DNA of 32,000 bases from an uncultured archaeon (GTDB lineage: Archaea; Iainarchaeota; Iainarchaeia; Iainarchaeales; CSSED10-239), in assembly GCA_964496765.1 (NCBI GenBank), contig CAZCAP010000003.1:36854-68853 (forward strand), read 5' to 3'. The position numbers and the translations under genes were made by a program. The notes under the pieces are model-generated. The model searched no databases. It saw only the letters and a program-made list of their open reading frames with translations, and was not told the DNA's origin. Below, in pieces: positions 16,306 to 25,169 of the stretch. Within the stretch, counting starts at the first letter, position 1; each line of letters opens with the position of its first letter.

Positions 16306-16920
16306 ATGGACAAAAAAATAGTAGTACCAGGAGATTTACTTACTCTTGAAAAAAAAAAGTTAGGACAAAATACCTTTCTTGAGAATGATAAGGTTTATAG
16401 TTCAGTTATTGGATTAGTTACTGAAAATACAGAATACATTTCAGTCATTGCATTAAATGGGCCATATCTACCTGTTGTTGGAGATGCAATACTTGGAATT
16501 GTTAAATCTGAAATAGTTAATGGATATTTCTTGGATTATCATTCTCCTGGAGAAATATATTTGCCAAAATCCACGCTATCAAAGGAACTAAAGATTGGTT
16601 CAGTAATTTTTGCAAAAATTAGAAATATAACTGAATCAGATTCAATTGAACTTGAAAACGTAAATGTACTCCCACAGGGATATATTTTTAATACATCTCC
16701 AGTTAAAGTTCCAAGACTAATAGGTAAGAATGATTCTATGTTAAACTTGTTTAAGCAGTATACAGAATCTAGTATTGTTATTGGCAAGAATGGATGGGTT
16801 TGGTTTGTTTCGAAAAAACCACAACTACTTGAAAAAGCAATGAGTTTAGTTGTTAATAATTCACAAAAATCAAATCTTACAAATACAATAAAGGAATATC
16901 TAGAAAAAAACACAAAATAA
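16306..16920 (+). CDS. rrp4: Exosome RNA-binding subunit Rrp4 (S1 plus KH)
   Basis: N-terminal VVPGDLL, an S1-like middle region and a KH motif VPRLIGKNDSMLNLF..VIGKNGWVWF. It sits upstream of rrp41 and rrp42. Confidence 0.8.
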   Translation: MDKKIVVPGDLLTLEKKKLGQNTFLENDKVYSSVIGLVTENTEYISVIALNGPYLPVVGDAILGIVKSEIVNGYFLDYHSPGEIYLPKSTLSKELKIGSVIFAKIRNITESDSIELENVNVLPQGYIFNTSPVKVPRLIGKNDSMLNLFKQYTESSIVIGKNGWVWFVSKKPQLLEKAMSLVVNNSQKSNLTNTIKEYLEKNTK

Positions 16921-16964
16921 AATTATTATAATAAAACTAATAAAATAAAAAAAAGTGATAAAAT

Positions 16965-17669
16965 ATGAATGAAAGAATTGATGGTAGAAAGAATGATGAA
17001 CTTCGCCCAATTAAAATAAAGCTTGGTGTTGTTAAATCAGCAGATGGTTCATGCTATCTTGAATGGGGGAAAAATATTGTTGTTGCAACAGTACATGGTC
17101 CAAGACCAATTTTTCCAAAGCACCTAGCAGATGCTGAAAGATCAGTTATTGATTACAGATATAGAATGGCACCTTTTTCTGTAACTGATAGAAAATCACC
17201 AGTCCCTGCAAAAAGAGATAAGGAAATATCTCTAGTTTCTGGTAATGCTTTAGAATCAGTAATCCTAATTGAAAAATTTCCAAATACAGTAATTAATATT
17301 GATGCAATGATCTTGTCGGCTGATGCTGGTACTAGAGTTGCTGCACTTACTGCTGCAACCCTAGCCTGTGCTGATGCAGGACTTCCAATGAGAGGACTTG
17401 TTTCTGCAGTGTCTGCTGGTAGAGCAAATGGAAATCATATATTAGATTTAACAAAGGAGGAGGAAGATGCAGAAGATGCTGTAGATACTGCTGTTGCTGT
17501 TCTAATGCCTCAAAAAGAAATTGTTCTTCTTCAAATGGATGGATTTGTTGAAAAGGAAGAATGGAAAAAAATAATAAATATGGGAATTGTTGGCTCAGAG
17601 AAGATTTATGATCTTCAAAAGAAAGCACTTCTTGAAAAATACCCTATAGATGGTGATATTAATGAGTGA
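16965..17669 (+). CDS. rrp41: Exosome RNase PH subunit Rrp41
   Basis: RIDGRKNDELRPIKIKLGVVKSADGSCYLEWGKNIVVATVHGPR is the RNase PH domain 1 signature. Size is 234 aa. Confidence 0.9.
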   Translation: MNERIDGRKNDELRPIKIKLGVVKSADGSCYLEWGKNIVVATVHGPRPIFPKHLADAERSVIDYRYRMAPFSVTDRKSPVPAKRDKEISLVSGNALESVILIEKFPNTVINIDAMILSADAGTRVAALTAATLACADAGLPMRGLVSAVSAGRANGNHILDLTKEEEDAEDAVDTAVAVLMPQKEIVLLQMDGFVEKEEWKKIINMGIVGSEKIYDLQKKALLEKYPIDGDINE

Positions 17670-18456
17670 AACTTTAAAAATTGTAAATTCAGAAAACATA
17701 CTTTCAAAGATGAAGGAAGGACAAAGACTTGATGGAAGAGGGCTTAATGACTATAGAGATATTGAAATAAAAGTTAATAATATTAAGTCTGCTGATGGTT
17801 CATCATGGGTAAGGATTGGGAACACAGAGGTTGTTTGTGGAATTAAGTTTATAATTGGAACTCCCTATCCAGATTCTCCTGATGAGGGTAACATGAGTTT
17901 TAATCTTGAGCTAACTGGACTTTCATCACCAGAGTTTAGTACAGGGCCTCCACAGATTGATGCACTAGAGTATGGAAGAGTTGCTGATAGAGCAATAAGA
18001 CATGCTAATGCTATTGATTTTAAAGAACTTGCGATTATTCCTGGAGAAAAAGTATTTACTATGTTTATTGATTGCTATGCAATTAATGCTGATGGAAACC
18101 TAATTGATGCAACAGAAATTGCTGCTCTTGCTGCAATAATGAACGCACACATCCCTAAGCTTGATGAAAAGAATGTAATAATCTATGGTGAGAAGGATAG
18201 AAAAATTAATTTGAAAACATTCCCTTTGTCTTTTACTTTTGAGAAGATTGGAGATAAAATTGTTCTTGATGCAACTGAAATTGAAGAGTTTACATCATCA
18301 ACTAGATTTTCACTAGGGATATACAAAAATACAATCCTTTCTTGCCATAAAAGCAAAGGTGGGGTATTTACATCTGATGAAATTAATTATATGATTGATG
18401 TTGCTACATCAAAATATAATGAACTTGAGAAAAAAATAAAAGATGCAATAAAATAA
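17662..18456 (+). CDS. rrp42: Exosome RNase PH-like subunit Rrp42
   Basis: GQRLDGRGLNDYRDIEIKVNNIKSADGSSWVRIGNTEVVCGIK. I prefer the ATG at 17662, which is 5 nt after GGTGA and overlaps the rrp41 stop. The track starts at 17650. Confidence 0.9.
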   Translation: MSETLKIVNSENILSKMKEGQRLDGRGLNDYRDIEIKVNNIKSADGSSWVRIGNTEVVCGIKFIIGTPYPDSPDEGNMSFNLELTGLSSPEFSTGPPQIDALEYGRVADRAIRHANAIDFKELAIIPGEKVFTMFIDCYAINADGNLIDATEIAALAAIMNAHIPKLDEKNVIIYGEKDRKINLKTFPLSFTFEKIGDKIVLDATEIEEFTSSTRFSLGIYKNTILSCHKSKGGVFTSDEINYMIDVATSKYNELEKKIKDAIK

Positions 18457-18489
18457 TATGATTATTGGAGTTTAAAAAAGTGATTGTTT

Positions 18490-18711
18490 ATGACCACAAA
18501 AAAAGTTAAGGTTACTGGTAAGCATGGAGTAAGAGCAGGAGTAGGAATTAGAAAAAAATTTCTTCTTGCTACTACAACTGATAAATCAAAATATGTTTGT
18601 CCAAAGTGTGGATTCTTAGGAAAGATATCAAGAACAGCAAAGGGAATCTTTAAATGTTCTAAATGTAAAACAATGATATCTGGTGGAGCCTACAAGCTTA
18701 AAACCAATTAA
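18490..18711 (+). CDS. rpl37ae: Ribosomal protein L37Ae (eL43)
   Basis: TKKVKVTGKHGVRAGVGIRKK followed by the zinc ribbon CPKCG..CSKCKTMISGGAY. ATG at 18490, 7 nt after AGTGA. Confidence 0.9.
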   Translation: MTTKKVKVTGKHGVRAGVGIRKKFLLATTTDKSKYVCPKCGFLGKISRTAKGIFKCSKCKTMISGGAYKLKTN

Positions 18712-18750
18712 AAGATAATAAATTAATTAAAAAGTAAAGGTGAAAAATAA

Positions 18751-18879
18751 ATGTATACCTGTGCAAGATGTAAAGAAAATTATGAAGAACTTCCGGAAAA
18801 TAATAAGTGTAGATCCTGTGGGTCTAGGATATTTTATAAGAAGAGAGAACCAATTTTAAAGAAAGTAAAAGCCTACTAG
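18751..18879 (+). CDS. rpoP: RNA polymerase subunit P (Rpo12/RpoP)
   Basis: Below the ORF-track size cutoff. My translation is MYTCARCKENYEELPENNKCRSCGSRIFYKKREPILKKVKAY. This is a CxxC..CxxC zinc ribbon followed by the basic K.R tail typical of RpoP. AGGTGA precedes the ATG, and the position after L37Ae is conserved. Confidence 0.8.
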   Translation: MYTCARCKENYEELPENNKCRSCGSRIFYKKREPILKKVKAY

Positions 18880-18889
18880 GTAGTTAGAA

Positions 18890-19387
18890 ATGTATGTAAC
18901 AGTATCCAGAAAAGCAGATAATTCTGTTAAAAAATTCTCTAAATATTTATCTCTTTTCATAGATGATATAAAATACATTCCACGAGGGAAGACTGCACTT
19001 AGTAAGATTTTCGAGTCTGCTATATTTCTTGGACACAATTACTTCCTAATCTCCAGAAAACAAGAAAAAGATCAGATTTCACTTTTAGTTTATAAAATAA
19101 ATTACAAGGAAAAAGCATTTTCCCCAGATAAAGAAATTATTTTTAGAATTCTGGATCTGAATTCAATTCTATCCAAAAAAGAATTAGATAAATTAAAGAA
19201 AGAAAATGATTTCACAGATGGAAATAAATTGTTTTATTTTCTAACTAGTAAAAAGAAAGGAGACTATGGTGTTTTCGTTGATGATAAAAAAGAAAGAAGA
19301 TATTCATTTAAGATGAATGCAAAAGATCTTGGTTTCTTTTTGATTCACATTGAAACAAAAAAATTCAAGGAGATGAAACTTGCTTGA
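18890..19387 (+). CDS. Brix/Imp4-domain ribosome biogenesis protein
   Basis: MYVTVSRKADNSVKKFSKYLSLFIDDIKYIPRGKTALSKI matches the archaeal Brix pattern (iTTSRkps.r.r.f.k.L......y..RGk..l). Size is 165 aa and the superoperon position is conserved. Confidence 0.75.
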   Translation: MYVTVSRKADNSVKKFSKYLSLFIDDIKYIPRGKTALSKIFESAIFLGHNYFLISRKQEKDQISLLVYKINYKEKAFSPDKEIIFRILDLNSILSKKELDKLKKENDFTDGNKLFYFLTSKKKGDYGVFVDDKKERRYSFKMNAKDLGFFLIHIETKKFKEMKLA

Positions 19388-19629
19388 TTGGTCAAATCAT
19401 ATCTAATGTAATTCTAATTAAAACAAATGATCCCAATAATCTAAAGAAGCTTCTTGATCTTGAATTTGAAAGGAAGAAATATAATAGATCAGAATCAAAA
19501 ATCACAATCACAAAAGAAGGACTAAAAATAGAAATAAAAGCAAAAGATATTATTGCATTCAAAGCAACTGTTAATAATTATATTAATATTTTAGAACTAA
19601 TAAAGAAAACTTATGAGGTGGATTTATGA
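19384..19629 (+). CDS. pcc1: KEOPS complex subunit Pcc1
   Basis: 81 aa. RSESKITITKEGLKIEIKAKDIIAFKATVNNYINILELI parallels the archaeal Pcc1 core (RSE..f....k.i.l.I.A.D..AlR.tvNsYlrwi). The TTG start overlaps the Brix stop. Confidence 0.75.
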   Translation: MIGQIISNVILIKTNDPNNLKKLLDLEFERKKYNRSESKITITKEGLKIEIKAKDIIAFKATVNNYINILELIKKTYEVDL

Positions 19630-19991
19630 ATAAAGATAAAAATGTAAAAGATAATTCAGGGGCAGTAAATGCCTATAGACAACAATTAATGTACATAACC
19701 AATCAAAAACAACAGATGCAGTTTCAATCAAATATTTTAGATTCCACAATAAAGGAACTTGAGACCACTAAAGAAAAAAAGGTTTACAAGGGAACTGGTA
19801 ACATCTTTATCTCAAAGAATGTGGAAGATGTTTTGAAAGAAACAAAAGAAACAAAAGAAACAATTGGATTAAGAATTAAAAATATTGAAAAACAAGAAAC
19901 TGATCTTGTAAAAAAATTAAATGAGATTACAAGAAAGGATGATAAAGATAATACAAAAGAAATTGATGATAATGTGGAAGGAATTGCTTAA
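19626..19991 (+). CDS. pfdB: Prefoldin beta subunit
   Basis: Coiled-coil / beta-hairpin / coiled-coil pattern QQLMYITNQKQQMQFQ..IKELE..KKVYKGTGNIFISK..IKNIEKQETDLVKKLNEI. ATGA overlap with the pcc1 stop. Confidence 0.85.
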   Translation: MNKDKNVKDNSGAVNAYRQQLMYITNQKQQMQFQSNILDSTIKELETTKEKKVYKGTGNIFISKNVEDVLKETKETKETIGLRIKNIEKQETDLVKKLNEITRKDDKDNTKEIDDNVEGIA

Positions 19992-20005
19992 AATATAAGC
20001 AATAT

Positions 20006-20443
20006 CTATTTCAAATAAATTATCTTATTTCCATCTTTTATTTTCTTCTTCTTTGATTTCTTAATTAAATAGTGAATAGTTGATTTTGGGACCCCCAATT
20101 TATCTGCAAGATCTCTATAGGAAAAGTCCTTGTGCATTTCAACTATCTTTTGCATTTTATCGATTGGAATATCAATGGGTCTCCCCTGCTCTGTTTTAAT
20201 ATAAAAGTTAATTCCCTTATTCTTTATTAGCTTCTTTGTTCCTTCAGAAATTCTATCTTTTGTTGATTTGGATACTGTCATAGTTTTTATCTTTTTACAA
20301 GATAAAAGAATTTTTTGCATGTTCTTTTTAGAAACAGCAACTGTTAAATGTAATTCATCACAATCCTTGTTAATTGATTTGATTCTATGTATTGAGTTTA
20401 AACATTCTTTCATATTTTTCTTCACACCTTTATTTTTGTCCAA
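20006..20443 (-). CDS. Small helix-turn-helix DNA-binding protein, family unknown
   Basis: 145 aa. The C-terminal HTH is FSYRDLADKLGVPKSTIHYLIKKSKK. The N-terminal ~90 aa are unrecognised. Confidence 0.5.
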   Translation of the reverse strand: MDKNKGVKKNMKECLNSIHRIKSINKDCDELHLTVAVSKKNMQKILLSCKKIKTMTVSKSTKDRISEGTKKLIKNKGINFYIKTEQGRPIDIPIDKMQKIVEMHKDFSYRDLADKLGVPKSTIHYLIKKSKKKKIKDGNKIIYLK

Positions 20444-20545
20444 GAAATATATCTACTTAATTATTACTTATTATCTAACTACAATATATTTATAAATTAT
20501 ATTGTTTTCTATAATACTGTAATATGTATTAGGTATGAGTAAAAT

Positions 20546-22267
20546 ATGGAAGCTGCATTTTCGTCCTTTTTAATTTATTTTTCAATAATTGTTTTGTCTG
20601 CGACAGTTATGACCTACATATTTAATAGATTACGTCAACCATCAATTTTAGCTTTTATCCTAACCGGAATATTGATTGGGCCAATAGCGTTAGGGGTTGT
20701 ACCCCACACTCCAGAAATCCTAATGCTATCAAAGATTGGAATAGCTTTTCTTCTATTTTCTGTTGGGCTAGGAACTGATCTCAACACCTTAAAGAAGCTA
20801 AACCTAACTGTTTTTATTCTTCCCATAATAAATATTCTAATTATATTTATTTGCATAACCCTATTAAAAAACGTTATTGGTCTAAATCTAATACAATCTC
20901 TTTATTTATCTTTGATAATCTCATTTTCTTCAACCATGCTGGTTGCAAAGATCTTAATTGATAACTTTGAAATGGGGTCATTAAATGCTCAAATATGTGT
21001 TGGTATTCTGTTAGTTGAGGACCTGATTGCAATCCTAGCAATCCCTATTCTTGCTGATTTTTTAACAATTTCCGCATCCCTTGTGTTAATCGTAATCTTT
21101 AAGGTTATACTCTTAATTATTTTTGCATATCTTATCAATAAATGGGTATATCCAAGATTAATTAAACACACCTTCAAATCCACTCAGGGTTTTTTTCTTT
21201 TAACAATTGCAAGTTGTTTCCTATTTATTCTAATATCTCAGTTATTAAAGTTTGATATTGCGGTTGGTGCATTTATTGGTGGACTTGCGATATCCATCTT
21301 TCCTTATAATCTTGAGATTTCTAATAATATATCCGGAATTAGAAATCTCTTATCAATGATATTTTTTGTATCTTTAGGTATGCAACTAACTTTCAATTTT
21401 GCTAGTGGATATTTATTATTAATTGTTCTTTTTATATTTGTGTTTGTTTTAAAACCATTGATTCATTTTATTATTTTAGTTTTTTCTGGTTATGGAAGAC
21501 GGTTATCAGTTACCAGTTCTCTTTATTTAGCTCAAATATCTGAATTTTCTCTAATTCTTGCAATGCAGGGATTACTATTAAATCATTTAACTAGCGATCA
21601 ATATTCTGCGATTGTTATTGCTACCTCTGTTTCTATGTTGTTAACTCCATATATAACTGAACATTATGATTCTCTATATAAGTTTGTTAGGCCTTTACTA
21701 GGTTATTTTAAAAGAAAAGCATACTATTCAAGAAAAATAGATAAGCTAACTAATCTTTCTGAAAAAATGGAAAATCATTTTATTTTAGTTGGGTCTGATG
21801 TTGTTGGAGATGCTATTTTAAAGGTTCTATCAAGGGATAAGCACATTCCAATATTAATAATAGATCAAAATCCAGAAAAGATTGCTCCATTAATTAGAAA
21901 AAAAATAAACTGTGTTTGTGGGGATGTGAATAATGACGAAATTATACATTCCATTGGTTTAGATAAGGCAAGATTAATTGTATCAACTGTTCCTAGATTC
22001 GATGTAACCATGAGATTCCTAACTAAGGTTAAGTCTATTAATCCAAATCTTAGATTTTATGCAATTGCACACACAAATGAGCAGGCACTTAAGTTATATG
22101 AAGAGGGTGCTGATCTTGTTATTTTGCCAAAGGTACTTGAATCAAATTTCCTTTTAGAAAAAATAAATATATTTAACGATAAATTAGAAAATACATCTTT
22201 TATCAAGGGAGCATATGTTAGTTATTTGAAAGGGGAAGTTGAACAACCAAAGAAAAAGAAAAAATAA
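20546..22267 (+). CDS. CPA2-family monovalent cation:proton antiporter (Kef-type) with a C-terminal TrkA-N/RCK domain
   Basis: 573 aa. There are about 11-13 hydrophobic helices, then a Rossmann motif HFILVGSDVVGDAILKVL and an RCK-like fold (PILIIDQNPEK..VCGDVNNDE..LIVSTV). Confidence 0.8.
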   Translation: MEAAFSSFLIYFSIIVLSATVMTYIFNRLRQPSILAFILTGILIGPIALGVVPHTPEILMLSKIGIAFLLFSVGLGTDLNTLKKLNLTVFILPIINILIIFICITLLKNVIGLNLIQSLYLSLIISFSSTMLVAKILIDNFEMGSLNAQICVGILLVEDLIAILAIPILADFLTISASLVLIVIFKVILLIIFAYLINKWVYPRLIKHTFKSTQGFFLLTIASCFLFILISQLLKFDIAVGAFIGGLAISIFPYNLEISNNISGIRNLLSMIFFVSLGMQLTFNFASGYLLLIVLFIFVFVLKPLIHFIILVFSGYGRRLSVTSSLYLAQISEFSLILAMQGLLLNHLTSDQYSAIVIATSVSMLLTPYITEHYDSLYKFVRPLLGYFKRKAYYSRKIDKLTNLSEKMENHFILVGSDVVGDAILKVLSRDKHIPILIIDQNPEKIAPLIRKKINCVCGDVNNDEIIHSIGLDKARLIVSTVPRFDVTMRFLTKVKSINPNLRFYAIAHTNEQALKLYEEGADLVILPKVLESNFLLEKINIFNDKLENTSFIKGAYVSYLKGEVEQPKKKKK

Positions 22268-22353
22268 TTTAAACTTTGCGAATTAACTAGCAAGGTATAT
22301 ATTTGTATTGGTTCAGAAAATATTTATAATTAATTAAAAGAGAGGAGAATACA

Positions 22354-23433
22354 ATGGCAAAAAAACTAAATTTTAAAGATAAACAATCATTAATAAATTG
22401 GATTGTGAGCCACCCCAAAACAGTTGGCACTGTTGTTGGTGCTGGTCTTTCACTTCTTGTTGCAGGAAAACAATTATCTGCTCAAGAACTTGTGGGGATA
22501 AGAGATTTATCAATTACTCCTCTTATGGAACCAACAGGTCACTCAATTCATACAAATACTTTCTTCTTAGATAATCTAGATGGTAAAACAAAAGACTTTC
22601 TTCAGCAATCTCTTGAATATAGATATGGTGGGGAATTTAAGGGTAGAAAATTAGAAGGAAATTATAATGTTGGAGTAGAAGTTGGATCAAACAATTTTAT
22701 GATTAATAATAAACTAGTTTCTGATAAACTTTATGAACAAATTCATTTAGTTTTTGGTTTATCAAAAATATTTAATACTCCAATACAAATTAATTTAGGT
22801 TATTCTCCAAAGTTTGGAGCAAAGGGTGGAGAGTATTATTTAGATGGAATGCAGTTTGCTGGTAACGTGAAGGTTAAAAGATCAGGAACTGGTGGAGTAA
22901 TAAATATAAAGGATGGTAAAATTGCTTCCTATGAAGGAATACAGGAAGTAACCTTTGGTAAGAAATTTACTGGAGCATTAAGATTCTATAATGAAGCTGG
23001 TAAAAGCATGAAGGATGCATACTATAATGTTTATGGAATTGTAGATATGAGTTCAAAGGAGCATATTTTTATACCATACCTCTCAGCAGCAGCAACCAGA
23101 GAAAACTTGAAGAAAGGTCTTGTTGACTATGGACTCGGTATTTTCTTTAAACCATTAACTGGTAAAAAGAAAGGAAGATTCTATGCCTATGCAGAAGTTG
23201 GAGTAAATAAAAACAATAAATGGAGTTTTTTTACTAGGTTAAACTATAGAATAACAACACCCGCTGCAAAAGCCGTAAAAGCTGCAAAAGATGTATTATT
23301 AAAAGATGCATATGAAAAAAGTGTGAAAGCAAAAGAAAAAGCGGTTAGAGAGAAAACGATTGGTCAAAAGAAAGTAACTGAAAGGAAAAGTATATTCAAA
23401 CCAAGAAACAACCTGAGACCAAGAGCAAGATAA
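22354..23433 (+). CDS. Hypothetical beta-strand-rich protein with an N-terminal hydrophobic segment and a basic helical C-terminal tail
   Basis: 359 aa with a GAGAGGAG Shine-Dalgarno motif upstream. After the hydrophobic TVGTVVGAGLSLLVAG come a dozen or so alternating aromatic/Gly strand-like segments (YRYGGEFKG, NYNVGVEVG, IQINLGYSP, YYNVYGIVDM, YGLGIFFKP, FYAYAEVGVNK, WSFFTRLNYRIT). A K/A/R-rich tail follows. Confidence 0.5.
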   Translation: MAKKLNFKDKQSLINWIVSHPKTVGTVVGAGLSLLVAGKQLSAQELVGIRDLSITPLMEPTGHSIHTNTFFLDNLDGKTKDFLQQSLEYRYGGEFKGRKLEGNYNVGVEVGSNNFMINNKLVSDKLYEQIHLVFGLSKIFNTPIQINLGYSPKFGAKGGEYYLDGMQFAGNVKVKRSGTGGVINIKDGKIASYEGIQEVTFGKKFTGALRFYNEAGKSMKDAYYNVYGIVDMSSKEHIFIPYLSAAATRENLKKGLVDYGLGIFFKPLTGKKKGRFYAYAEVGVNKNNKWSFFTRLNYRITTPAAKAVKAAKDVLLKDAYEKSVKAKEKAVREKTIGQKKVTERKSIFKPRNNLRPRAR

Positions 23434-23510
23434 GTTCAATCTTATCTTCTTTTTATTTCTTTTTAACTCTTATTTTTAAACCTTTTGTAAACTAATTTAT
23501 TTTGATATTT

Positions 23511-24080
23511 ATGCAGATATTAATTTGTGGGTTTTCTGGTTCTGGTAAGAGCTATCTTGCTGAAAACCTTGGAAAAAAAATAAAATACAAGGTTATTCAT
23601 TCATCAGCAATCTTTAAACAACTTCAAGCTAAACAAAAAGTAGATTTTTCCAAAACAAATATGAACAAAGGCTGGTATGAACTATCTAATTTTGACAATG
23701 TAAGAAAAAAAGATGAATCTCTTGATAAATGCCTTGATAAACATCTTCTTGAACTTATAAAAAAAGAAAAAAATATTATAATTGATTCATGGACTCTTCC
23801 ATATCTAACAAAGAAAGGAATTAGAATTTGGTTAATAGCAGGAAAGGAAGAGAGAGCAAAAAGGTTATCATTGAGAGATAAGATCTCCTACAAAGAAGCA
23901 ATTGATGTTGTTAAAAAGAAGGATGCCTTTTCCATTAAGCAATATAAGAAACTTTATGGATTTAAGTTTGGAACCAATCTAAGAACCACTTTCGATTACA
24001 GAATAAACACAAATAGGCTAACAATTCCAGGCGTTTGTGATGAAGCCTATAGATTAATAAAAGAGAGATTAAAGAAATAA
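23511..24080 (+). CDS. P-loop nucleotide kinase, archaeal cytidylate kinase-like (COG1102-type)
   Basis: P-loop ILICGFSGSGKSYLAENLG. Later IIIDSWTLPYL..IRIWLIAGKEERAKRLSLRD..YKKLYGF..FDYRINTNRLT parallels archaeal Cmk. The ATG at 23511 is preferred to the track's TTG at 23502. Confidence 0.55.
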   Translation: MQILICGFSGSGKSYLAENLGKKIKYKVIHSSAIFKQLQAKQKVDFSKTNMNKGWYELSNFDNVRKKDESLDKCLDKHLLELIKKEKNIIIDSWTLPYLTKKGIRIWLIAGKEERAKRLSLRDKISYKEAIDVVKKKDAFSIKQYKKLYGFKFGTNLRTTFDYRINTNRLTIPGVCDEAYRLIKERLKK

Positions 24081-24086
24081 GTTAAT

Positions 24087-24935
24087 TTATTCTCTTTTTC
24101 TTTCTAGTTCTCTTACTATCTCTTCACTAGATTTTGCTTTTCCTAGAATACAATCTTTGTGAACACTAGTTCCATGAAAATCTGAACCCGCTGTTTCCAC
24201 TAAATCTAGATCTTTACAAACAACTCTTATTCTATCTATTAATTCGTGGCTTTCTTCTCTGAGATCCTCAGGAATTGAACCTTTTGTTTCTACACCAACA
24301 AGACCATACTTTGAAAGCTTAACAATAAAATTCTCAATACTTTCCTTTTGATCAGCTCTTAATAACCATGGATGAGGAAGAACAGAAACCCCACCAGCAA
24401 TCTTGATTGTCTCAATAACCTTCTTTGCTTTTAGGGGTTCAGTATCTAATCTAACTTTGATCTTTTTAAGATATTTATTATAAATGTCATGAACGCTTGT
24501 TCCATATCCTCTTTCTATTAAAACTGCTGCAAGATGAGGAAGCATTGTTTGATGGCAATGCATTTTTTTCGCGTAGTCATCAACCTCATGGAAATCAACA
24601 TCAACATTTAGGTCTGCTAACCCTTCAATCTTTCTCTTTAGATGCTCAAGCTTGTTTTTTTGATTAACCTCAAGCAATGCATTTAACTCTGGTGATGCGA
24701 TATCAATAAAGTATCCAAGTATCTCTACCCCATACCCCTGAATCTCAACTCCAGGAATTAATTCCATTCCAATTTTCTTAGCATATTTGATACCCTCTGG
24801 TAATCCAAAAATAGAATCATGATCAGTAATAGATATTCCTGCTAGTCCCAACTCTTTTGCAAGATCTAAAAGCTCTTTTGGAGAATGAACCCCATCAGAA
24901 TAGGTTGAATGGGTGTGCAAATCAAAATATTTCAT
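24087..24935 (-). CDS. PHP-domain metal-dependent phosphoesterase
   Basis: FDLHTHSTYSDGVHSPKELLDLAKELGLAGISITDHDS is the canonical PHP N-terminal motif. A later GSDFHG motif is also present. Size is 282 aa. Confidence 0.8.
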   Translation of the reverse strand: MKYFDLHTHSTYSDGVHSPKELLDLAKELGLAGISITDHDSIFGLPEGIKYAKKIGMELIPGVEIQGYGVEILGYFIDIASPELNALLEVNQKNKLEHLKRKIEGLADLNVDVDFHEVDDYAKKMHCHQTMLPHLAAVLIERGYGTSVHDIYNKYLKKIKVRLDTEPLKAKKVIETIKIAGGVSVLPHPWLLRADQKESIENFIVKLSKYGLVGVETKGSIPEDLREESHELIDRIRVVCKDLDLVETAGSDFHGTSVHKDCILGKAKSSEEIVRELERKRE

Positions 24936-24959
24936 TTTCTGTTCCTTCTAAATGTGGAT

Positions 24960-25169
24960 TTATTGCATTGTCTTGGTAGCAAGCTTAATGTCTTCACCAG
25001 TAACCGTTTTTCTTTTAGCATGAAGAGCAAGCTCAATTGCTTGTTTTGAAATATCCTGTGCAACCTCTCCTAGTATTTTTGATAATTCTTCAGCAGCATC
25101 CTCTGAAACCCTTTCAGCACCTGCTTTTCTAATAAGTCTGTCAACAGCAGCAATTGGTAATTCACTCAT
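24960..25169 (-). CDS. Archaeal histone (HMf family)
   Basis: 69 aa. MSELPIAAVDRLIRKAGAERVSEDAAEELSKILGEVAQDISKQAIELALHAKRKTVTGEDIKLA is a complete histone fold with the RKTV loop. A strong GGAGGGAG Shine-Dalgarno motif lies upstream. Confidence 0.95.
   Translation of the reverse strand: MSELPIAAVDRLIRKAGAERVSEDAAEELSKILGEVAQDISKQAIELALHAKRKTVTGEDIKLATKTMQ

Noticed and set aside
19836-19864. Tandem repeat AAAGAAACA x3 (KETKETKET) inside the prefoldin beta gene
   Set aside because: It is a short in-frame low-complexity repeat in a coiled-coil region, typical of K/E-rich proteins in this genome. It is not a regulatory or mobile repeat.
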